Part shown: positions 57,279 to 64,000 of the stretch, in pieces
Position numbering within the stretch: the stretch's first letter is position 1
Layout: each line of letters opens with the position of its first letter
NCBI GenBank assembly: GCA_964402995.1
Contig: CAYOEA010000002.1
Span: 36,558 to 100,557, forward strand
Reading direction: 5' to 3'
DNA from: an uncultured Methanosarcinales archaeon
Lineage (GTDB): Archaea; Nanobdellota; Nanobdellia; Woesearchaeales; GCA-2686295
Length of the DNA stretch: 64,000 nt
Notes under the pieces: model-generated
Told to the model about the DNA's origin: nothing
What the model saw: only the letters and a program-made list of their open reading frames with translations
The model's database searches: none
Position numbers and translations under genes: made by a program

Positions 57279-58072
57279 AAATTTCCATCAATTATTCTTG
57301 AGAAAAAGAAAAAGATGATCGCTCCTAAAACAGCTGCCAATAATAAAAGCCAAAAACTGTTTAAAATTGTTATTAAGAAATAAATTAATCCTATATAACA
57401 TATTAATGAAGCAAAAATAAAAACATATAATTGTCTTGAAAAGAAAAATATTGTAAATCCTGGAGTTGAACCATCACCTAATTTCATACCTGAAATTGTT
57501 GGAATTGGAAGCATAGAAAAAAATGCGAACAATAAATTTAATTTTACAAATAATAATAAAAGGTATGAAGGAAATTGTAAATAAATTAATCCTACAAGCA
57601 TTGCAACACCAATATTTCCTACAACACCCCAAATAGATAAAGTTGAAATTTCTCTCATATTAGTACCATATCTAAAATGACCTAAACGTAATTTCTTATC
57701 ATGTTTATAATATACTGAATTTGGAAATAAGAAAGGAATAAAACCAAATGAAATAAAGGATAATAATAAACCAATTAACACACCAGGAAGCCACCAATGA
57801 AATTTCATAGTATAACCTCTATCTATCGCAGCCATTTTTTGAAGAGTAAATTGAATTAGCATTGCAGAAATAATTATTATTGTAGAAAAAAACCAATTGG
57901 TAAAACCTAATATCGCATTAAATGTATCTCCACCCCACATTCTAAAAGATAAAATGAAACCAAAAATAATTGCTGTTAAAAAAAGTTGCCTTTGTTCACT
58001 AACACTATATTTGAAGTAAACTTTAGAATGTGCAATTAGGTTGTTAAACATAATGTGAAGATTACAAAACAC
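57275..58072 (-). CDS. polytopic membrane protein (unassigned)
   Basis: 265 aa, ≥7 hydrophobic helices. No HExxH or other catalytic motif noticed. Confidence 0.4.
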   Translation of the reverse strand: MFCNLHIMFNNLIAHSKVYFKYSVSEQRQLFLTAIIFGFILSFRMWGGDTFNAILGFTNWFFSTIIIISAMLIQFTLQKMAAIDRGYTMKFHWWLPGVLIGLLLSFISFGFIPFLFPNSVYYKHDKKLRLGHFRYGTNMREISTLSIWGVVGNIGVAMLVGLIYLQFPSYLLLLFVKLNLLFAFFSMLPIPTISGMKLGDGSTPGFTIFFFSRQLYVFIFASLICYIGLIYFLITILNSFWLLLLAAVLGAIIFFFFSRIIDGNF

Positions 58073-58087
58073 AATTTAAATAATTTA

Positions 58088-58798
58088 TTATTTTAAAGAA
58101 AGATTAGATTGTTCTAATTTCTTGAAATATTTTTTCATACCAGCCTCATGACCAGCACCAATTATAACCATTATTTTTTTATCAGGATTTTTATTTATTA
58201 AATGAAATAATTTTTTAGCCATAAATTTATCTCTATCATCAATTAAAGCAGAATAAAGACCAGGATATGAATCTTTAACTTGAGTTATTAAAGTTGAAAT
58301 TAAATCTTGAGAAGGTATTTTGTTTAAATCAAACTTGATTTTAGGTCCTTTTTTAAATACTAAACCCATAAATAAATCTTTGAATAATCTTAATTTTTCT
58401 TTAAACGAAAATTTTCTAGAAAAATTTCTAAGAGTAATTTGAATATCTTGATCTATTAAAGCAAGTAATTTATCATTTGTTTTAGCAAGTTTAATTCCTT
58501 GAATCATATCAGATCCAGGCTCCATACCAACAATTGAACCTAATTTCTTTTGAATAAATCTACCAATTATAAGAAAAAAGAAACCAGTAACACCAATTTT
58601 TGGAATTAAAGATAAAGACATGGATGATTTTTGTTTAGAATTTTGTTTGTTTTGATTAGAAAATATGCTGTGAAAACGTTTAACATCGAGTTCAACTGCT
58701 ATTATATCAGGATTAAATTCTTTAAATGTAGTATTAATTTTAGAAACTGATAACTTAGAAATGTGAGATGTTCCTATTATCTTTAAATTTGGGTTCAT
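58088..58798 (-). CDS. TraB/GumN-family protein
   Basis: …IIGTSHISKLSVSKINTTFKEFNPDIIAVELD… and …VIIGAGHEAGM… match TraB/PrgY-family motifs. Confidence 0.6.
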   Translation of the reverse strand: MNPNLKIIGTSHISKLSVSKINTTFKEFNPDIIAVELDVKRFHSIFSNQNKQNSKQKSSMSLSLIPKIGVTGFFFLIIGRFIQKKLGSIVGMEPGSDMIQGIKLAKTNDKLLALIDQDIQITLRNFSRKFSFKEKLRLFKDLFMGLVFKKGPKIKFDLNKIPSQDLISTLITQVKDSYPGLYSALIDDRDKFMAKKLFHLINKNPDKKIMVIIGAGHEAGMKKYFKKLEQSNLSLK

Positions 58799-58828
58799 AA
58801 TAAAAGTAAAATGAATTTATTTAAAAAA

Positions 58829-59662
58829 TTAGTTTTTAAGATTTAGATTCTTAGTAGCTAAACCAAAAAGACTTGAAAGTGTTTCACTAAAGAACTCTGT
58901 ATTTGCCCAAATACCAACATCATAATTCGGATGAACAGTATTATCGTCCATTAACATAAACATTACTTGTTTATCATCAATAATACAAAATCTTCCTTTA
59001 CCTGTATAATCAATCACTTTAGCAAATTTTTCCATGTTTTTAAGTAAATCTTTAGTTTTAGAAGTTAAAGCAGTTGCAATTTTTATTGAAACTCCTCTTT
59101 TATTTGCTTTTTCAAATGATTTTGAAAGTAAAGATAATTTTCTTAAGGCACCTTCTTCAGATGTAACAAGTAAAACTGATTTTTCTGCACTTTTAATCAT
59201 CATATCTAAATGTGAATAAAGTCTATCTCTGCCTTTTAATGATGCAGTAATTTCAGCAGGATCAACAAGTGATACTCCTTCTGTATGAAGTGTATTTAAT
59301 TCAGTTAATAAATCTGATTCTTTAAGTTTATTAAGACTAGATAATTGAGATGTAGTATCATCTTGGATTTTTTTCTTAACTCTTTCCAAGACTTCTTCTG
59401 GAGGAACTGCTAAGTATTTTATAGGTTTTCCAATTTTCATTATGATAAAACCTTTTTTTTCAAGGCTTTCTAGAACGTCATAACTTCTACTTCTTGGAAC
59501 ATTTGCAATATCACTTAATTCACCTGCAGTACTTACACCTCGTGAAAGTAAAGCGGTCCAAATTTTAGCTTCATAAGTATTCAAACCAAAATCTTTGATT
59601 TTTTTTAAAAATTCATTTTGAACGAGCATCTTTAGTTTATCTCCTTTAACCGAAGTTATCAT
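58829..59662 (-). CDS. TrmB-family transcriptional regulator (paralog 2)
   Basis: wHTH …AKIWTALLSRGVSTAGELSDIANVPRSRSYDVLESLEKKGFIIMKIGKPIKYLAV… is nearly identical to paralog 1. The coding DNA of this segment is also closely similar between the two genes. Confidence 0.7.
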   Translation of the reverse strand: MITSVKGDKLKMLVQNEFLKKIKDFGLNTYEAKIWTALLSRGVSTAGELSDIANVPRSRSYDVLESLEKKGFIIMKIGKPIKYLAVPPEEVLERVKKKIQDDTTSQLSSLNKLKESDLLTELNTLHTEGVSLVDPAEITASLKGRDRLYSHLDMMIKSAEKSVLLVTSEEGALRKLSLLSKSFEKANKRGVSIKIATALTSKTKDLLKNMEKFAKVIDYTGKGRFCIIDDKQVMFMLMDDNTVHPNYDVGIWANTEFFSETLSSLFGLATKNLNLKN

Positions 59663-59790
59663 TTTGGTAAGATGCTTGTTTTTATAAACCTTATGTTTTT
59701 TTTGTTATTGTTCAGTAGTTAATTTTAATATAATTTATTATTTTTAAAAGAAAAAATCATCTTAAAAATAATTATTTGTCGTCGATAGAT

Positions 59791-59820
59791 AGGGTGTGAC
59801 CCCTTGATTTCCACTGGAAG
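59791..59820 (-). promoter_or_regulatory. origin recognition box (ORB1, full-length)
   Basis: Minus strand reads cTTCCAGTGGAAAtcaaGGGGtcacaccct. That is the mini-ORB core TTCCAGTGGAAA plus a downstream G-string, matching the archaeal ORB consensus. Confidence 0.65.
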
Positions 59821-59940
59821 ATTATTTTAAGAGAAAATGGGTGTTTGTATTTTTATGTTTAATATAATTTTTAGTATAAAGTTTATGTTTTTAGTATAAA
59901 GTTGATCATAAAATTTTGTTAATAAAATAAATCATATATC

Positions 59941-59970
59941 CCTCTCACCCCTTGATTTCCTTAACTGAGT
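59941..59970 (-). promoter_or_regulatory. degenerate origin recognition box (ORB2)
   Basis: Minus strand reads ctcagttaaGGAAATCAAGGGGTgagaggg. It shares GGAAATCAAGGGGT with ORB1, in the same orientation, 150 bp away. Confidence 0.45.
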
Positions 59971-60629
59971 AGAATTAATTATTTGAACTTTGTATATTTT
60001 TAAGTTTAGTTTTTTTATTTTAATTATTGTTCTATATTATTTTTTGTTCTTATCATTTGTTATTTATTAAAATTTAGAAAATATCTTTTCTCCTCTTAAT
60101 TATTTTTTAATTTTGATTCTTTTCACTTTTTTCTCCTTTAACCTCATTTAACTTCATTTAATTTTATTTAACTTAAATTATACATTTCATTCAAGTTTTC
60201 TTCTTGTTCATGATTATTTTGTTTAATATTTTTATTTTCTTCTTATTTTATTTTTATTTATGTTTCTTCACCATTTTCTTCTTTCTAAAACAATTCTTTT
60301 CCTTTTTTCTTTCTCTTCTTATTTCTCTTTTTCACATTTTTATTTTATTAATATTTATTTTCTTCTTCTTTCTTATTATTTTATTTATCTTTATTTATCA
60401 TTATTTATTCTCTTCTTCTTTTTTCTTTATTATTATTATATAATATATATATATATATTATTTCTATATAGAAAATATATATATAATATATATAATGAAA
60501 AAAAGTTGAATAAAAATATATGTTGGAAAATATAGTTTGAAAACACATAATTAATTTGTCGAGAATAAAATGAAGAAAAAAGGAATAAAAAAATAAAAAT
60601 AAACAAACAACTTGAATTTTATTGAACAT

Positions 60630-60656
60630 ATCTCCAAGAGAAATGAGGGTGTGTGT
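60630..60656 (+). promoter_or_regulatory. possible inverted degenerate ORB on the cdc6-proximal side of the DUE
   Basis: Plus strand tCTCCAaGaGAAATgAgGGtGTG matches ORB1 at ~13/19 positions in the opposite orientation. Confidence 0.3.
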
Positions 60657-60726
60657 GTAGTATATGATTAATAATATATTTAGTGGTGACATAAGATTTA
60701 TAAACCTATGTTTCATTTGGAGATAA

Positions 60727-61959
60727 ATGTCAAAAAATAAATTAGGAAAATTCTTTGAAACATACCTTGAGAAAGATTCATTATTCTTAGATAAAGGCGC
60801 ATTACAAGCTTCATACATGCCAGGAGAAATTCAACATAGAGATGATCAAATTGAACAAATTGCAGGAATTTTAGCTCCAGTATTGAAATTAGATGTACCT
60901 TCAAATTTATTTATTTATGGGAAGACAGGAACTGGTAAAACTTTAACAGTAAAATATATTTCAGATCAAATGTTAAGTTTAGCAAAAGAAAAAAAATTAC
61001 CTGTAGAAATATTATATTTAAATTGTAAATTAAAAAAAATTGCAGATACAGAATACAGGTTAATTGCAGAACTTGCAAGACATTTTGGAAAGGCAATACC
61101 TGCAACAGGACTTCCAACAGATGAAGTATACAACATATTCTATAAAGCAGTAGATGAAAAAAAAAGAAATATTATTATTGTTTTAGATGAAATAGATGAA
61201 TTAATTCGAAAAACAGGAAATGATTTAATATATAATTTAACAAGAATAAATACTTCACTTGTAAATTCAAAAGTTTCTCTAATTGGAATAAGTAATGTGT
61301 TGACATTTGTGAATGTATTAGATCCAAGAGTGAAATCTTCTTTAAGTGAAGAAGAAATAGTATTTCCACCATATAATGCAATACAAATTCAAAATATATT
61401 ACGTTCAAGAGTTGAAAATGCGTTTGTAGAAAATGTAGTTGAATCAGGAGTTGTTGAAAAATGTGCTGCTTATGCTGCAAGAGATCATGGTGATGCACGA
61501 AGAGCGCTTGAACTAATGAGAGTTGCAGGAGAACTTGCTGAAAGAAAGAATCAAAAAACTGTGATGATAGAAAATATTGATGATGCAGAAGATAAAATCG
61601 AAAAAGACAGAGTATTAGAAATAATCAAAAGTCAACCTAAACAATTTCAAATAACATTATATGCTATTATGAAACATAAACCTAAAAATTCTAAAGATAA
61701 AATTTTCACAGGAGATATTTATGATAAGTATAAAGATATATGTTCAAGAGTTGGACTTAGACCTTTAACTCAAAGAAGAGTATCTGATATAATTGCAGAA
61801 TTTGATATGCTTGGAATAATAAATTGTAGAGTATTATCAAAAGGAAGATATGGTAGAACAAGAGAAATAACACCATCAATACCTGAAAGTATGGAAATAA
61901 AAGCTTTAGAAATACTTGAAGAAGATTTGGAAATTAAAGGAAAAAATGAGTTATTCTGA
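60727..61959 (+). CDS. cdc6: Orc1/Cdc6 origin-binding initiator
   Basis: Walker A GKTGTGKT, Walker B IIVLDEIDEL, sensor regions and a C-terminal winged helix (…RVGLRPLTQRRVSDIIAEFDMLGII…). Confidence 0.9.
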   Translation: MSKNKLGKFFETYLEKDSLFLDKGALQASYMPGEIQHRDDQIEQIAGILAPVLKLDVPSNLFIYGKTGTGKTLTVKYISDQMLSLAKEKKLPVEILYLNCKLKKIADTEYRLIAELARHFGKAIPATGLPTDEVYNIFYKAVDEKKRNIIIVLDEIDELIRKTGNDLIYNLTRINTSLVNSKVSLIGISNVLTFVNVLDPRVKSSLSEEEIVFPPYNAIQIQNILRSRVENAFVENVVESGVVEKCAAYAARDHGDARRALELMRVAGELAERKNQKTVMIENIDDAEDKIEKDRVLEIIKSQPKQFQITLYAIMKHKPKNSKDKIFTGDIYDKYKDICSRVGLRPLTQRRVSDIIAEFDMLGIINCRVLSKGRYGRTREITPSIPESMEIKALEILEEDLEIKGKNELF

Positions 61960-63529
61960 AAAAATAGCTGCATTACTTGAGCAAGGAATTTTACCTGATG
62001 AAAAATTGCTTAAGGAAGCAGAAGAAGAAATGAATAAAACCACTTCTAATGAAGTGCAAACTTCAAACAATAAGGTAGATTTATCTACAACCCAAAATGA
62101 ATCTGAATCTAAAGAAACTGAAGCAAACAATAGTAAAAGTGTTGATACGACAGAATCAAATGATTCTGAAGCTCAGAAAGAAAATTTTTCTGAAGCGCCA
62201 GAACCTGAAGGTCATGTTTCAGGAAAAGTTAAAATAGTGTATAACTATGATAAAAAGCCAAAAAAAAGAACATATGCTGACTTTGTAAAATATTTTAATA
62301 ATAGATTTAAATCGTTAGAAAAACTGATTAAATTAAGACCTGAATTACAAGGTTTAATGTCAATAAATAAATTAAAATTTAAATCAGATAATGAACAAGT
62401 TTCAATAATTGGAATGATTAAATCAAAAGCTGAAACTAAGAATGGACACATAATATTAACTGTTGAAGATTTAACAGGAGAAGTAAATGTTTTGATAAGT
62501 AAAAATAATGATGAATTATTACCTATTGGAAAAGATTTAGTGTTAGATGAAGTGGTTGGATTTGCTGGTTCTGCAGGAAATAATATAATTTTTGCAAGAG
62601 ATTTAGTTTTTCCAGATGTTCCTTTAAGTAAAGAATTAAAAAAAGCTCCTGAAGAAGTTTATGCAGTGTTTATTAGTGATTTACATTTTGGTTCTAAAGA
62701 ATTTTTACAAGGTGATTTTGAAAAATTTATTTCTTGGATGCAAGGATCATTAGGCTCTGAAGAACAAAAAAACATTATTAAAAAAACCAAATATTTATTT
62801 TTAGCAGGAGATTTAGTTGAAGGAGTTGGAGTTTATCCAGGTCAAGAAAATGATTTAATTTTAACTGATATAAAAGATCAATATAAAGAATTAGTTAAAT
62901 ATCTTAAAAAAATTCCTAATCATATAAAAATAATTATCAGTCCTGGAAATCATGATGCAGGAAGAATTGCAGAACCACAAGCAGCATTATGTAATGATTT
63001 TACTGAGTCTTTATCTGAATTAGATAATGCGATTTTAGTAAGTAATCCAGCAACATTAAATATTGAAAGTTCTAAAATTTTTTCAGGTTTAGATGTGTTA
63101 GTATATCATGGTTATTCTTTAATTTATTATGCAGATAATGTTCCAACTTTAAGAAATGCGGGCGGTCAAAAAAGAGTTGATTTAATTATGAAATTTCTTT
63201 TACAAAAAAGACATTTAGCACCAACTCATGAAGCTATAATGTATGTTCCAGATGATGAAGAAGATCCTTTAGTAATAAATAAAATTCCTGATATTTTTGT
63301 AACAGGACATATACATAGAGCAATGGCTTCTCAATACAGAAATATTTCATTGTTAAACACTTCTTGTTGGGGTGACATAACTGAAGATCAAGAGAAACGT
63401 GGATTAGAACCTCAACCTGCAAGAGCTTTAGCTTTAAATTTACAAACAAGAAAAGTAAAAATAGTTAATTTTTATTCAAGAAACATTGAACGAAAAGATG
63501 ATTTAGAAGAGGAAAAATTAGATGGTTAG
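61916..63529 (+). CDS. polD1: DNA polymerase II (PolD) small subunit DP1
   Basis: OB-fold region, then calcineurin-like phosphoesterase motifs (…FISDLHFGS…, …LAGDLVEG…, …PGNHDAG…, …GHIH…). The start may be the Met at 61946 (MSYSEK…). Confidence 0.85.
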   Translation: MKKIWKLKEKMSYSEKIAALLEQGILPDEKLLKEAEEEMNKTTSNEVQTSNNKVDLSTTQNESESKETEANNSKSVDTTESNDSEAQKENFSEAPEPEGHVSGKVKIVYNYDKKPKKRTYADFVKYFNNRFKSLEKLIKLRPELQGLMSINKLKFKSDNEQVSIIGMIKSKAETKNGHIILTVEDLTGEVNVLISKNNDELLPIGKDLVLDEVVGFAGSAGNNIIFARDLVFPDVPLSKELKKAPEEVYAVFISDLHFGSKEFLQGDFEKFISWMQGSLGSEEQKNIIKKTKYLFLAGDLVEGVGVYPGQENDLILTDIKDQYKELVKYLKKIPNHIKIIISPGNHDAGRIAEPQAALCNDFTESLSELDNAILVSNPATLNIESSKIFSGLDVLVYHGYSLIYYADNVPTLRNAGGQKRVDLIMKFLLQKRHLAPTHEAIMYVPDDEEDPLVINKIPDIFVTGHIHRAMASQYRNISLLNTSCWGDITEDQEKRGLEPQPARALALNLQTRKVKIVNFYSRNIERKDDLEEEKLDG

Positions 63530-64000
63530 TTGTTCAAAAGACATGCAAAAATATTTTGACAGTCTAAAAAATGGTTGTATGAAAGAGTTTAAAGTAGCTA
63601 CTGAAGCCAGGAAAAAAAATTATGATCCACAACCTTTTGTAGAAACAACTCTTGCTGCAACAATGGCTGAAAGAGTTATTGGTCTTATTAGTGTTGTAGC
63701 TCCTCAAATAAAAAATACTGGCGCAGAAGCTAGAATTGAAGAACTAGAAAATAAATATGGGGTTTTAGATATACGAGTTGCAATGTATATAGCTGAAGAT
63801 GTAGCAAAACAAAAATTCTGTAAATTCAAAGATGAAAAAGAAGCAATAGAAGTTGGAATAAGAACAGGATTTACATATGTAACATTAGGTGTTGTAAGTA
63901 GTCCATTAGAAGGATTCACACATCTTGATTTTAAAGATAGAAATGATGGTCAAGGAAAATATATGTGTATTTATTATTCTGGTCCAATAAGAAATGCTGG
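63522..64000 (+). CDS. polD2: DNA polymerase II (PolD) large subunit DP2, N-terminal fragment (runs off window)
   Basis: The ATG at 63522 overlaps the DP1 stop. Translation MVSCSKDMQKYFDSLKNGCMKEFKVATEARKKNYDPQPFVETTLAATMAERVIGL…GIRTGFTYVTLGVVSSPLEGFTHL… matches the DP2 N-terminus. It is not in the ORF track because there is no stop inside the window. Confidence 0.75.
   Translation, partial: MVSCSKDMQKYFDSLKNGCMKEFKVATEARKKNYDPQPFVETTLAATMAERVIGLISVVAPQIKNTGAEARIEELENKYGVLDIRVAMYIAEDVAKQKFCKFKDEKEAIEVGIRTGFTYVTLGVVSSPLEGFTHLDFKDRNDGQGKYMCIYYSGPIRNA

Larger units (their letters stand above)
59780..60726. other. chromosomal replication origin (oriC): ORB elements flanking an extremely AT-rich DUE, immediately upstream of orc1/cdc6
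   Basis: ORBs at 59791-59820 and 59941-59970 (minus orientation), a degenerate ORB-like element at ~60630-60656 (plus orientation), and >500 bp of low-complexity A/T DNA with (AT)n/(TA)n tracts at ~60440-60500. Adjacent to cdc6 and polD. Confidence 0.6.

Noticed and set aside
60204-60904. ORFs 60204..60443, 60260..60535, 60405..60818, 60713..60904 inside the origin region
   Set aside because: They lie in homopolymeric/dinucleotide AT-rich DNA (FFFLFYFYL… translations) overlapping each other on both strands. This fits a DUE, not coding sequence.

Overview
This is an AT-rich (roughly 30% GC) archaeal chromosomal window. The archaeal assignment rests on recognisable gene content: an archaeal histone, PAN, Orc1/Cdc6, PolD DP1/DP2, an AEP primase, Hef, FEN1, EndA, the L3-to-SecY ribosomal superoperon with SUI1 and Rpp29, a C/D-box-like sRNA, and origin recognition box (ORB) origin elements. 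Fused and extended genes (a PriS-PriL-like primase, lysine/glutamate-rich tails on ribosomal proteins, missing adk) suggest a small-genome DPANN-type archaeon. That lineage call is inference.

The window splits into three parts:
- Housekeeping core. 51-37 kb holds the ribosomal superoperon on the minus strand. 59.7-64 kb holds a replication module: oriC with ORB repeats and an AT-rich duplex-unwinding element (DUE), then orc1/cdc6, then polD small subunit, then the start of polD large subunit. Also present are pheST, RFC small subunit, Pelota, RNase Z, and a tRNA endonuclease.
- Accessory surface regions. A 1966-aa sequon-dense, Cys/Asp-rich giant surface protein sits downstream of a duplicated-HTH protein and a 6-copy phased repeat array. 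A 7.5-kb minus-strand operon (22.2-29.7 kb) encodes five secreted or membrane proteins. Four of these share an uncharacterised domain with conserved CYxY...AP..CI and GGP(I/V)xI...N(I/V)G.GK motifs, and three have lipobox-like signal peptides. I consider this operon the best candidate for an undescribed cell-surface system.
- Other notable items. A Trm5/Taw2-type methyltransferase is fused to a xylose-isomerase/AP-endonuclease-2-like TIM barrel. A tandem winged-helix protein carries an Mrr-like C-terminal domain. Two TrmB paralogs have near-identical DNA-binding domains. A GC-rich 80-nt minus-strand element has C, D' and C' boxes but a non-canonical D box.

Every product call comes from reading motifs in the translations by eye. 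No database search was run.
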